From Blasia pusilla (Eukaryota): DNA of 64,000 bases. Of this stretch, positions 27,779 through 41,885 are shown one piece after another (the first letter of the stretch is position 1; every line of letters begins with the position of its first letter). The DNA is taken from contig CM114271.1 in the NCBI GenBank assembly GCA_050084515.1, forward strand, positions 35,402,001-35,466,000, written 5' to 3'. The notes under the pieces are model-generated. The model saw only the letters and a program-made list of their open reading frames with translations, was not told the origin of the DNA and did not search any database. The translations under genes and the position numbers were made by a program.

Positions 27779-27981
27779 TCTCGCTGCTGCCCGAAAGATA
27801 AAGAAAGACTTACATCTCGCTGCTGCCCGGAAGCTACGTCTAGATAGTTTTTCCCAGAGTAGTTATAACTACCGGTACTTTATTGGTATTTATACAGGCG
27901 GACGGGAATCGGAGAGTGGACAGTCAAACAATATGAATGATATTAACGGTTGTCATTTTACAGGCTATACGGGGTTTTAGG

Positions 27982-28078
27982 TTTGTGGCCTTCAGGTTTT
28001 GACTCTTTGAGTCCCCCTCTTTTGTACTTCCGATGGGTTTTCCATCACACGTTTTTATCGAAGTGCATCATTTTCTTT
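27982..28078 (+). mobile_element. Tail-only copy of the CRE-like family
   Basis: ttgtggccttcaggttttgactctttgagtccccctcttttgtacttccgatgggttttccatcacacgtttttatcgaagtgcatcattttcttt, near-identical to the other tails. Confidence 0.85.
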
Positions 28079-31000
28079 AGGTTTCCTCCGAACTCTCTAT
28101 CCGGGGGGACAAGTCGGATTCCAAACGGGTAATTTTTGAGCTACCCGTTTTGGCGCTCCCGGGGAGTGTCTTCCCGGGTATCCACGTGGAATTAAGGCTG
28201 TTGCAGGTGAAGGATGGGTTTAAAGCCGGATGCTGTAAAGCTCCCGCCCCCTACTCTTCCTGAAGTAGTCAGATGGTTTTTTGGGACGATCCCCCGAACA
28301 GAGCGATTTTCGGATAGCCAGTAAAATGACGCCCCCTATACTCATCGGAGGAGTGAGTTTAGGACTACCTCAAACACATAATTGTTCATGTGGAATTCAC
28401 ATAATTGTTCATATAAAGAAAATGGTGTTTCTTTGGGAGTGGTTGTGGTCTTCATGTATTCAGCTCTTTAAATTTTGGATGGACTTTCCAAAATTTTTTA
28501 GGCCTCTCCTCTTTCATTAATATGATTCATTGAGAGAGAAATTATCGCATAGAGCATCCATGTGTTGTGGGATTCGAGGCCAATAGGGTCACTGGCTTAC
28601 AAGTCTACAAAAGAAATCAGTCACATAGAGAGAGTGTGAGGTTGGGCGTGGCGCAAATGAACTTGAGAGCCAATTGTAATTTCTCTGTGGATTTTTGGGT
28701 AAATAAAGACCATCTAAAGCTAAGGATCAATCCCACATTCGATGGCTGCTAGTTCATCTCATGAAGCATTCAGAGAGTTAACAATTAGGAGTAAGATGGG
28801 TGGATATGGCATTCTCTCTTCCAAACATGGACCTAATCCTAACAAGCACTCAATATGGAGAATTTCTCATGTTGAGTATGAAAGGACTGTGGTTATTTGG
28901 AGGAGCAGGATTTTTTTTGGCTTTTACATGGAAAGTGGAAAGAAGACTAAGGTAGGATGCAAGAATCATTTGAAGAGTACTGCATTTAATATCATGGCAA
29001 TCCATCATTAGAACGCAAGCTTCTTGGCTACTTTGATTGCTCATGTGTTTCCAAAATTTTTGAGAGATATGTGGATTATCCATGTCAACAGGGGAATAAT
29101 TTATGCAAGAGTGAAAAATGGAAAGAGATAAGAAATAGAAAAATGAAGAAAAGTCATGAGTTTGATATTCTAGAGCAAGTTTCGACAACCCACTTTGTGA
29201 TGGAAATTCTAGAAATAGACACTCACAACCATGGCAAAATGATGAACCTATTGTGCAAGGAAATGGATGCAAATATCCATAGTTACACTCCAATACATTT
29301 CAATCGCGGGTATATCTATACAATTAATTAATTAGCTATCCGAATTCACATTCTACCCTATAATAATTAATCTCTAAAAATTTCAATTAATATTAAGGAT
29401 CTCCCTAGAATTTTAGTTCCTGTTATATGTTGTAACATGTGGAATTTCATTGCACTCTGATGTGACTTACACTATGGAACATTATTCATTTGTGCACTCT
29501 TAGTAGTAATTTGCACTTGGATGATCTGTATCTCATTTAATGTAGCTATAATCATTGGTAGACACAATTTTTTCCCCACTAATCAAGAGAGAAATATAAC
29601 CATTAGAGTCGTATAGTTGTGGAAAACTAGCTTGATTTTCCATATAGATCCTTAAGTAGAAAGATATATCGGCCATACAAGGTTATTTTTCTCAACCACA
29701 ACAATTGCATCTTATTCCAAGCTTCTTACACTAGATTTTTCTATGGAAACGGATGTATTGGATCCCATCACATAATCCGAAGTGATTTTTTTTCATGATG
29801 ATCCATTGCAAATGAACTCTAAGTCCAAATTTAATAAACATCAATCATTTTGGGATTCCACTACCAAATTCCAAATCCTATGTAATTGATGGCAAATAAT
29901 CCTCCGATATGAGGAAATAAATATGTGACATTAGGGCACTATCATTAGATGATGGTGCAAGCTTTTTGTGAGAATTATTTTAGATTCACTAGATCCAATA
30001 AATTACTAAGATAGTATACTAAAGAAATATATGTTCTATCATTTTTAACTCGGTGTCCTTTTCTTGATTTTTTAGTATGGGGATAATATTACTAACAAAA
30101 ATATTTTTTAAATTATTAATATTTTCTGTATTGTTAACTTATTGGATTAATAGCGAGTCATATACAACACAATTGATATAAAAGTCCTTGTTAATTTTAT
30201 CCAATTAAGCATCTTTGGTTGTTGCTATGTGTTAGAAAATAATGATTATGTATTTCAAAAAATGATGGGGTCCATAGATATTTGATTATGAATGTTGGTG
30301 TTATGAATGTTTTCAAAACGCATCACCAGATGTATTTTAGCAATTTTCCAAGATGATTGCCAAATCTTGGGGAAAGAAATTAAAAAAATTCCCCAACCCT
30401 AAAGAGCATGCATGACTAGATTTTTTTTGGAAATTTCTAATGAATTCTATTATAAGAAATTAGCAAAGGGTTTTTCTCGATCCCTTAATTATATAGGGAG
30501 GTGTGATTGGTAGGGGAATGGGATATTTTTTTCTTGAAAATAATTAAGGAAAGACGTAGATTCAACTAATGTTGACATCTATGCTATAATACCAATAGAG
30601 GGGGATTACCATTATGGATAATCCTACTCCCAAAGAAATAAAGCATTTCTTGAAAAGGAGGGTCCCTTCAAAAAGAGTTCACACTTATTAAGATTCGTCT
30701 AAGTGAAATCTATGTACATAGAAAGTGGTTTCTACAAGATTGGATCTCCTCTACCATCCATGCAAATTTCTATTAACATTGGAGGTTGAATATTGGTCGA
30801 CAGCTCAAGGTTAGAGGAGACACATAATAGAGTTTATAGATGTTGGAGCCTCACTGCCTGGTGTACGAATATTCTATGGACCTAGTATCTTATTTAAATT
30901 AATGGTGTTATGAAATGGAAAAACATGGGAAATATCTACTTATGCCAATAAATTGCAAAGGCCCTCTTACTAGTTATGTTTAATTGGGTTGATTGAATTC

Positions 31001-33548
31001 AAAAGTTTCCAATTGGGATAAGAAAATGGAGAATCCATATTGAAGAAATAAGTTTCTATGTAAAATTCTTAATCCTTAATTGAATTAATATCACCAAATA
31101 TTCTCTTCTCCTTATTTAAAACAACATGCCTCAAATCATTTGAAATGGAATTTTTTTTCTCTAAACTAGTATTTGATGGTGGGACCTAATGAAATCAACA
31201 TGGAATGAGCACATTGGTGGAAGAGCACACATGTATGGGTAGATTGTCAAAAAGAATGTGCATTGAGTTGGATCCAAAGTCATTTAGGGGATACAGTCCA
31301 TTGGATAGTAAAAATCGTTAAATTTTTTTCCATAACAAGGAGGTGCGATGTTGTCCCCATGGAGAAAGAATTTATGAAGAAAAACATGGTGAAGAGGAAA
31401 ACAATTCCCCATTGATGCACGAAAAATATCCCATCATAAATTAAATAAAACAAATCACTTTCAAAATTATAAATTTTTTTAATTTATATTACTATGAGAG
31501 AATGTCCTTATAAGAATTTCTTCCTTTTGAATGATATCTACCTTTTACGACCTTTAATTATGTTTTTCGACTTCGACCTCTTGTTTGACGGATGCTATTC
31601 TTCCTCTTTTGAAACCCACATTTATATCTTCTTGAATTAATTTTCATTCAATGGCACAGAAAACGGACACCGACTAATTTAAATAATAATTAGTTGGACG
31701 ACCAATGAGAATGCGCCAAACTCTCTATTTTGGAAGGCGACCACAACTCTACGTTTTTATATGGCGAACCGGATGATGATGATAGTTCCGTCGCCTTGTC
31801 TTTCGCCGTCCATGCGAGCGGACAGAAGAAAGAAATGAAAATAATGAGTTATTCAAAACCATTTAACATAATGATCCGGACTAATAGTTGGGGCCGGTGA
31901 TGGCCTGACTGCGGATTCCCGGCAGTCGCCGCGGTCGCGAAGGTAAATAGCGGCCACTGATAAAAGGGTGAGGGATAGCGAACGTCCTTCGACAAGGGCC
32001 TGACATCCGACAGCGAATTACTACGAAGGTCGGACAGACTGTCAAACGGTCGCTCTCGTGTCGGTTATTCTTTGATGCTAACGGTATATTCCAACTTAAG
32101 GCACAAATTGTCATACAATTCGATAAGAATATGCCCCATACGATTCTCAAAATATCCGTTTCTGTTTTAGAATATTCGTATCCGAAAGAGTCACAGAAAA
32201 TCTTCGAAAATGTGTGTTTAGTTTTGAGATATGATTTTTTATGATTCTACTTTTCTTTTATTAGTGTGTCTGAGTGGAATTCTATTTTAAATTTCATTTT
32301 AAATTAATTTTAAATAGAAATAACGTTTTATTTTGAGTTTGGATATAAAAGGGAAGATTAAAATTAGCCAGGAAATTTTATTATTTTCATCATTTCAAAT
32401 ATAAATCGAAATGAATGGGAAACCCTTGAAAATGAGGAATTTGTTCATCTCAAATATATAGGAAAAATAATTTCAGCCCCTACATGCACTCCCGTATTTT
32501 TTTTTTCTTTCCATCTAAGATATCCACTAGTCCTTTATACGTAGGATTGATATTTATGTTGAACTTTTGACAATTTCAGTCTAAAATATTCTTGCCACAT
32601 GGATGGAAATTATGCTTTCCTTGATAAAAATCAAATCTCCCTTTCTCATAGTCCTTTTTTATAATTGTTACAACTTATTTTCATCAAAACATATCTATAT
32701 TATTAAAATAGGACTGGTCCTCTTTTAATAATATGTATTGGTGGACGGGTATTCAAGAAGTGAGGCTTTAGGGGTAGGGAGGGGGCATTCAAGTAATTAA
32801 CTTGTTTGAGTTTCATTATTTAAACTACACTGGATGGGTAGGATAAGATAAGGATTTGAATAAAATAGAAAAATATTTAATTAATTATTAATATTTTATT
32901 AAATATTACAATGAGGGGATTATAAATATTAATTAAATGGAATAATTTGGATTAAATTTTTTTAGAATTTTTGTCTTAATTCACATGTGATGGAAAGGGA
33001 AAATTTCATTGGATAAGGAATAGATCCAATTCCATGGAAGGTTAAAATTAATTAGGGGATGGAGTTATCATTTAAATTTGAATGGAGTAAGTAATTACAT
33101 AAAAAGAGTGAAATTTTATTATTCTTCTAAGATTTTAGAAAATAATAGTTATATTAAATAATGATGTGATTATTTTTAAATTAATCGTATTAATTCACTT
33201 GTGATATTTTGGGAAAGGAAAATAAATTTTAATGGAAAATAAAAATCATTTAATTAAATAAAATTAATTAAGATTAGTGAATGTGATTTTGGTAGGAAGA
33301 GTGGAAGGGGAAGAATAATTTTTGTTGGAAGTTTTAGGGAGGAGTGTTAATTATTTAGGGGAGATGGATATTATCTAAAGGTGATTTTCTTACTCTTTTA
33401 ATATTTATAAGAGTGGAAATTACACCTAAAATTTGAAATTAAATATATTCTAAAGTTTTAAATATACATTTTAAAAAATATCATCAACACCTGTTTATAA
33501 GCCATTCTATTGAGGAAACTGTGCTAGGCGTGCATGGCACAAGCAACA

Positions 33549-33728
33549 TCTACATTATTATGGGAGAGTGCCTTCTTGATTTGCAAACACCTCACCTCTG
33601 TGTTTGACACGTGGCAACTAGGTAGCAAGAAAATGTGTCTCCTTATGCAAAGAACGAATTTTTTTCTTGAATTTGCAACATTTTTCAAACACATTTTATT
33701 CTCATGCATCGCACGGGCACCTTACTAG
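33549..33728 (+). mobile_element. Mini-Helitron family A (180 bp); may also form the 3' end of a ~1 kb element starting at 32694
   Basis: a|TCTACATTATTATGGGAGAGTGCC ... catgcatcgcacgggcaccttaCTAG|t. A second TCTATATTATTAAAA start lies at 32694. Confidence 0.8.
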
Positions 33729-35700
33729 TAGGTGACATTTCAACGTGCACAACCATCGGGTTGATATGTCGAGTTGAAGCGATCGATGGCCCCTCACATT
33801 CTCTTGCATTCACATATAACATATATATAGGGTAGGTAACAAAACAATATGAAAAAACCACTCAGTTTTCATATTGACTTCTTACCGTTTTTACTTTTAG
33901 CTTCCTTCTTTATGATGTTACTTTTTTATTGATTTTATAATAAAATATACTCTATTCAACGTCTCTCTAAACTTAGGAGGAGTTATTAAATTAAACTTCC
34001 ATATTCTTACTTGACAAGTCTCAGAACTTCATTGGTCTTACGTGGATGTGTAAGGATTGTCCTACGGTGACAAAAAGATCTAAAACTGTACTTATTACTA
34101 TCATTCTTAGAAACCACTAAGAATGAACGCTCCCACGCCCACCTAACCCACAAACCACCCACACTAGTTAGCTAAAAAGCAAAGTAAAGATTTCTGTTTT
34201 TTTTTCTCCACACTTTAAAATTTGTTCGGAAAGAATAATTTCGAGGTTAGATATTTTGTGGATCATTCTTTTTCTCCTCATATAAAAATTGATTTAAGAG
34301 TAATTTTAGGCAGTAACTTTGTCTTCTTCCTTCCTCATCTTTAAAGAAACCTGTTTTGGGAATAATTTCGATCGTATCCACATGAAACGAGGAGTCGTAG
34401 TACGAATGGTGTGGGCGCCGCCGTCGTGGATCGCTTGTGTTCATGGACCTGCGAGCGATCGGTCGCAAGAGAGTCAAGAGACCCGTTTCTGATGCAGTTC
34501 GGTGTTTACTTGGTCAGCTGTCGATGGTGGTGGCACGATCTTCTCCAACCGCCTCCTTTCGGGAACGACGCGGCCTTCACTCTGGCGCCGCAGCGATTTT
34601 GGCAGACTGTCCCGACGATTCATCTGAGGGTGCTCTCTGGCTGGCGGTTCTTCAGGTGTCTATTCCGTCCGGTGGAGTGTCTGCTGATTGTTTGAACGTG
34701 TGAAAGAACACAGGAAGGAATGAGAGGATCTGCAGCGACGTTGTTGCAAATCTGGCATGGTTGGCACTGCAGTCAAGGGCAATTCGAAGCTTCCATACGG
34801 AGATGGGGACATTTCCGGTGGAATAGGCGGAATGAGTGAACGAATGAATGAGAGGATCTGCTGCGGCGGAGAGAGGAATTGGTGTCTCCAACGACGTCTG
34901 CATATCACCGGCGCTGCTTCCTCACAGGCTTCGATTTCTCAGCGGGTATCTGCGAGAGTCGTGTCCCGCTGAAGCCTTCTGAGTGTTGTTGCAGGCAGCT
35001 CTGGCATGATCGGCTCTGCAGTCGAGTTTCATTTCAAGCTTCCATGTTCTGTATCGAGTGTCCTGACGCGAGTGAGTATCCAGAATTGTGCAAAACAGTG
35101 CGTTTCCGCAGTAAACTCGCGTTCTCATTCGTGTCCCGTAGGGGAGTGGGCTCATTCCGTCGCTGGTCGCTCTCACTTTCTCGCCTCAAGATCGTTCTGA
35201 TACTGCCGAAGTCCACAAGAATTCCAACTGGGAACCTTTCGTCGTGTCCCTGTGTGCAATCGCGACGAAAAGCTTTGTGTCCTGGACGAGGTATGGGGTC
35301 ATTCTTCCCGCGGACGGCTCTGCCGATCCTTTCCTCGCCGGTCACACTTTCTCTCCACAAGAGTGTTGCGCGTGTAGTCTTCCGGAACTCCCCATGGAAG
35401 CCTATATCCCTGTGCGTCTTGGATGAGGTCCGGGCTGGGCACGGTTCTCACCCATAAGACTGTTGAAATTCATGGCCGCAAGAATATCACATGGGAACCT
35501 GAACAGTCAACTCTCACCCTTAAGGATGTTGGAACTCATGGCCGCAAGAATTTCACTTGGGAACCTAAACAGTCAACTCGCTAATCAATGTTTAGTTTTC
35601 TTTCTTTCAATATGTGTGGTTGAGTTGCAGATGGACGTTTACTCTCCCTCTTTTAAGGTCAAGGGAGTACAGATCATTTCGCTAATCTCCTCTTCTCTCA

Positions 35701-35906
35701 TCTATATTGGATTTGCACACACCTCTTTGTTGACATGTGGCAACCTCCTCTTCTCCCATATATATTGGAAAGTGTCTCCTTGATTTGCAAACATCTCTTT
35801 GTTAACATGTGGCAACCGGGCGGTAAGAAAAGATTTCCCCCTCAATGAACCGTAAGCAAGAAAATAATATCTTTTTCGTTCCCGTGCCATGCGCGTTGCC
35901 CACTAA
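35701..35906 (+). mobile_element. Decayed family A-like mini-Helitron with duplicated 5' part
   Basis: a|TCTATATTGG; two copies of gatttgca.aca.ctctttgtt.acatgtggcaacc; ends cccgtgccatgcgcgttgcccaCTAA|t. Confidence 0.55.
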
Positions 35907-37769
35907 TTAATTCATACATCACCAACTACCAAAGATATGTCTTTGGTGGCTCCACGTAGTGAAAGTGCGGTCTTTGGATATGATAATGTGATAATAAATA
36001 TGGGGAACGATCATTTCACCTTCTTTTTAGCAAATTCAAGGTCAACGTAATTTTTTGATAGTTGCTTTTAGTATGCCCTATCCCTAGTCCTTGCAACACC
36101 TATCTGTCTCTCTTCTTATAGTGAGAACTCAATGTGGATATCTAAATTCTATAATATGTATATAATTCTTCCCCTTTCTATTCACCCTCCTAATTTCATA
36201 ATCTCACCCCATACCCACTCCATCTAAGGAATTTGTTGGTAAATGGTGAAATATGGCTTATAGAAAGAAATTGCTTTAGTATGCCACTTCTTGTGACACC
36301 TATCGCTCTCTCTTCGTTTAATGAGATTGCGCACCTTGTGGATGTCTAAACTCTGTTAACGAGTATTAGACCCTCTTTTTGGTTTTGGTTTTAATTTAAG
36401 CTACATTAACCATGGGTAAGGAAAAAATTAATAGATCGGAGACTAATATCGTGGGAGAAACGAAATAGAAGAACACTAAGGGAGAAACAATACTAACATG
36501 GGGTAGTTAATTGAGAAGATATGATCATCTCACATCCATCCGATCCACGATGATGGATGGTTAAGAAACTCATGAAAACTTGCATTTTGCAACCCCTCAC
36601 CGAGGCTATAAATAATCACCTACAAGTGAGGGCCATAAATAATTCTAATAATTAGAAAAAAAAAAATCTTCATTCCCATCACTAAATACCACCCTAAATT
36701 CATAAGCCCACGAGATACCCACACTATCTATTTTCAAAATTGTCTACCCTATAAATGAAATGCTCTCATAGTATCTCATTCCTGTTGGTAAGAAAAGTAG
36801 AAATGTGTATAGTATTTTTTCCACCAAGAACAAAAATTTGTATTGTTCATACGCTAAATAAATTGGTACATCTTCAAAATCGGACCTTGATCTACATGAT
36901 TTTGAATAAATTTAAAATATATCATTTTCTAATAGAATACATCCAATTCCAATATTCCTTTTTTATTCCACATACTAAGGGGGAGAAAAAACAAATTAAT
37001 ACATATGAGTAGAAGACACATAATACTTTACATGGAAAAAAAAAAATCCAACATAGAATTTGTGTTGGTGCAATGAACAAACACAAAAGAAAATTATATA
37101 TACAAAATAATAACAAAAGCAATTCAAATATTTTTTTATTTTCCATGCGATGCACGGAAAATAAAAAATATTTGAAAAGCTTTTGTTAGTGAAAGGATTA
37201 ATAATACTGCACACAAATTCAACTGAAGAGATTTTAGAAGAATAATAACATTTCACTGTTCTTAATAATTATAATCTTCCATTAAAATTTAAATAATATC
37301 CCAATATACTAAATAATTTTATCTTCTTATAAAATTTATTTCTTCATCAAAAATTTATTTTCTTTTTTATAAAATACTAATTAAAATAAAAATTCTACAA
37401 TTTTGATTATTTATTTTATTAAATATATTTAATGAATATTTATAATCACCCACTACAATATTAAATCAATTATTAATTGATTATTATATATTCCGATGGA
37501 AGAACACGTATTATCCATATGTGATAGCCAATTATTATGTAGATTAATCACTACTTCAATTCGGAGGAAATGATTAGAAGATAGACGGGGCAAAATGCAG
37601 ATCGCATAAGATGGAGTCCGCAAACGTGACTCTCGCGGAAGGCGGAGCGGAGCGGACGAGCGAGAGCCGTGAACCTCTCGCGCGCGAGCAAAGAGTCGGG
37701 AGCGTGCGAGTGCGCGGGGGCTTGCGACCACCGCCGATGAAGTGGAGCAGCGACGAGTTCGGGCGGCGT

Positions 37770-38110
37770 CCAGCGAGCGATCGAGCGAGCGAGGGAGAGA
37801 GGGGGAAGATCGCGTGGAGTGCTGTATAGCGAGCCATCGAGCGAGAGAGGGTCGAGTCGGGGCAAGATCGCGTGGAGTGCTGTCCGGCGAGTGATCGAGA
37901 AGGAGAGAGGGTCGATTTGGGGCGAGATCGCGTGGACTGCTGTCCCGCGAGCGATCGAGCGAGAGTCGGGGCAAGATCGCGGGGAGTGCCGTCCGGCGAG
38001 CGATCGATCGAGCGAGGGAGGGAGGGAGAGAGCAAGGTCGAGTCGGGGCAAGGTCGCGTGGAGTGCTGTCTGTAGTCGTCGCTCGCTCTTGCGATGTTCG
38101 ATCGCGTGGA
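37770..38110. repeat. GC-rich ~55-65 bp minisatellite, about 5-6 copies
   Basis: Unit approximately ggcaagatcgcgtggagtgctgtccggcgagcgatcgagcgagagagggtcgagtcgg. Confidence 0.85.
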
Positions 38111-40089
38111 ATTAGCACGAGAGGGTTGAGTGTGGGCTTCACTTCTCTAGTGAAGTGTGTTGAGTTAGTTGCTTTGGGGTCTGTGATCACGCTACGTTTG
38201 CACGTACGTTACCAGAGAGCTGTGAGTCTCATTCACTTACTGTTTTGCGTTCGTTCTTTCATCTCTTAATTAAGAAGAGAAAGAGGACTGCCTCAACAAA
38301 AATGGATGAAATATTCGCCGGTACCGCGGAAAAAAGTGTTGCATGCCTCCTACCGAAGGAGTGTTGGATACGAGGGACAAGAGTCCGTGTGCGTGTTTGT
38401 TGTAGTTATTATTTAAAGGCTTCACGTGTATTAGAGGGTTTGGAGAGTTATTAGTGTCCATGGTCATAGGATACATGCATACGGCATTGCACATATTTAT
38501 ATACTGATAATATTAGTGTATGCCAATGGAAATAAATTAATAAATCATTAATCATTGTTATTATTGGAGAGTGTCGTTTTGGAACCCTCTCTTGTTTATA
38601 TTCAATGTTTTAATTGGAATCATATTTAATGTATTCAAGAGCCTCCTTAGGGTCAATTTTGGAGTGAGTCAAGTTTGAGGTCCATTTAGGGTCCCTCGAG
38701 TTTGGGATCATTCAAATTACCTATCATTAGTCCTTATGCAGCGCACATATATAAATTAGTGTTCAATTAGAGAAGATTTCAATCCATTATGTAAGAATAA
38801 ATCCCTACTCCCTTGTCATTTTCAATTTCTCCATTAGTGACTTTGATTTAATCATGGATCCATGTTGTTATATAATGAAATCATTTTTGAAGTGTTAAAA
38901 GAGTGTGATATCGCGAAAAAGTGGTGAACTCCAAAAGTGGTGAACCACTTTTGGTAAGAAGGTAAGAAGGCAAGTGGTGTTCTTGTAATATGATAGCTTT
39001 ATATAATCTTACTTTCTCTCCTCGTACCTATTTATCCTCGGGTTAGGTCAAGAGGGTTAGAGGATGAGTCGGACAAGGATGAGTACTTCAACAAAACCCT
39101 AAACGCAAGGCCTAACTTGAACTTACGATGTTCTCACCTTCAAAAGAACTCTAAACGCAAGGCCTAACTTGAACTCACGACGATCTCACCTGCAGGGGGC
39201 TAATTATGCATGGTGCTAGAGTCTCACTCTCTTGCATGCTAGGAGGGAGAAAAATAAACAATTGATTCTTTTCTCCATCTGAAATCCATAGTTAACCTTC
39301 CTTGACCATGATAAGAAAATCCGATGACGGAACCTTTCTCTTCTATGAGGTTGGAACTTATGTTAGAAAAATTAGAGATGTAATCTACCTTTCTTGTTAA
39401 TTTATAAAGATGTTGAAATAAGAAATATTTGTTTCGCATAATTTAAAAGTGGTAGTTTTTTAGATAAGTTTACTTATAAGACATATGCATGCATGCATGC
39501 ACACAAATAATACATATTAAAAGCCATTGAAAAGTAAGCGAATTTTTGGGGAATAATTTTAGGTAACCTACTTGATAGTTGTACAAAATCTCCTCTATTA
39601 GTCAATAAATCTTTATAAAATCTTCAAAATATTTCACTTACAAGTTTTTACAAAAAAATATATGTAAAATAATTTTATTAAAAATATAATATATCATGTG
39701 TAGGTGAAATCATTTAATTCAAACTTTTTTTAAGATATTGTATTATGAACTCTAGAGGAATTGTATCTAGATATAATATAATTAAGTAGATTATAAAATC
39801 AATGAAAGAAATCAATCTTTCAATTTAGATAAGATCATTTTTAAATTAAATAAGTTTCACACACAAAATGATGTTCTTTCTCACAACTAGTTCCATGCTA
39901 GTGCTATGTGAGACAAGGATATTCTTTTCAAACGTATTTCCTAAATTTTATTTAAAGAATTTATTTGGGTTCAAGATCCTTGTTAAACATCCTTCTCCTC
40001 CACTAGATGATCCCAAATCATTTTCTGGCCTTTATAACAACATCTACCTCTCCTTCTTAAATGAGAACTACTAACCCCCTTGACAATTA

Positions 40090-40244
40090 CTAGTTAGAAT
40101 CTATGAGGGACCGTACGATGGACGGTCCTTGTGACCCTAAACGCCCGGTTATGCCACGCGTAATGCACTCCTTAGCTTAACATTACACGTGGTGAACATT
40201 CAACTGCCGCCATTTGAAAAATGCTCCTCAAATAATAGTATAGA
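40090..40244 (-). mobile_element. Mini-Helitron family B (155 bp), intact termini
   Basis: Minus strand a|TCTATACTATTATTTGAGGAGC ... ggaccgtccatcgtacggtcc hairpin ... taaCTAG|t. Confidence 0.82.
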
Positions 40245-41885
40245 TTACATTCTTCACTAAAATTAATCCGCACTCCTCTCCTTCTTGGGGAATACAAGAG
40301 AATTCTCCCCTTCTAGGTGAATCCAGGAGAATTCTTACCTTTAGTGACCATTTCTCCTCTCCCCCAAGCTTCAAATATGACCTCATTCTCTAACCACTTC
40401 AAAATCAAAATAGTAAAGGTTTTGCTATTTAGTCTTATATAAGTATAAAAATAAAATCCGGATAATCATATTCAAGCACATACATATGAGAAGTTGATGC
40501 CCTCGTGCATGTGCAACTCAATATGAATCGTGGAATTCATGAGACATTAACATTCCAACTTTATAAATGAAAGAGAATAAAAAAATAGGAACATAGAGGA
40601 GGAGAAATCTAGATCTATTTATATTATTATTGGAGAATGCCTTTTATGTTGCGAATATCTTTCTTCTTGACACTTTCAACCAATAAGATCATTTTGTTTT
40701 TTGAACTAATAAGACCATTCAAAATTAATTCAAAATTAATTTAGAATTGCATAGCCAATGCTTAAATGATGTTAGTAGATGAGTGTAAGAGGAATGTGCA
40801 TGAGCCCAAATGTTTACAAATAAGGGAAGAAAGAGGAGCCAAAAAATCTGCTCAAATGTTTGTAGATAATTATGGGGAAAAAAAACACCACACATTTGTA
40901 GACTCATGGGGAAGAAATAAGATGAATGTAGGTGACTTGTGAAAAGGAAATCATCCGAAACGTTTAGGTTCTAAGTGGGAAGAAAAAAGATTGATGCATA
41001 CGATTGTGGGGAGAAAAAAATCAGCTCGAATGTTTGTGGATTCGCGTGGGAAGGAAGTAGATGAGGGCAACTGTCTGGATTCTCGTGGGAAGAGAGAAGA
41101 TGAGGGAAGTGTTTACATTCATGTGGGAAGAAAGAGGATTGAGGACAAATATTTTGATTCATGTGAGAGGAAAGAAGATGATTGTGGGAAGAGGAAATTC
41201 AAGTAGGAGGAAAGAAGACGCGTGCATATGATTGTGAGGAGGAAAAAGTGAGGAGCAATGTTTGTGGATTCGCGTGGGAGGGAAGCAGATGAGAGCGGAT
41301 GTTCAGATTCATGCGGGAGAGTGGACATCGGCGGAAAGGTTTGCAGATTCGTGCGGGGAGAAAGAAGACGAACGCAGACTCTTTTACGAATGATGTGGGG
41401 AGAAAGAAAGAAATGAGGGAAAATGTTCGTAGACGTCGCGTGAAGCTCCGTCCAACGTCGGATTATCTTGATGTGCTGTTGTTTGCATCAGATGAAAATG
41501 ATTAAGATGCATTTGGTTGTGGAGCTGAACTAAAACTCTTGAAGTAGTTGTCGTCTACGTGAAGTGCCGGAGCAATTTCGGGAAGAGAAAGAAATAGCGC
41601 TGTCGGTTTGCTATTCTTTTGAATCGCTTGTGTCTCGATTTCTCCGTTGAGTGATTGTCGATTTTGCGGTTTCTGCTTTTACTCGGAGTTGTGTTTCTCG
41701 ATTTCTCCGTAGCGTGAATCTGTGTACTCGCGCTTGAATCACTGGTTGCTCCGTCGTTTGAATCACGTTTTTCTCCATTTACTCTGTTGCTCACTTTCTG
41801 TGTTGCTTGAATCACTCATTGCTCGATTTCTGCTGCGTGGGGGAGTTGTCCAGTGAGTCGATAGCTGTAGTCGTGTTGCTCCCCG

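Noticed and set aside
37453-38190. 245-aa and overlapping ORFs
   Set aside because: Produced by the GC-rich minisatellite; low-complexity translation, open in several frames.
40780-41420. GA-rich stretch with short ORFs upstream of the epoxide hydrolase
   Set aside because: Degenerate tgtgggaagaaa-type repeats; no coding evidence.
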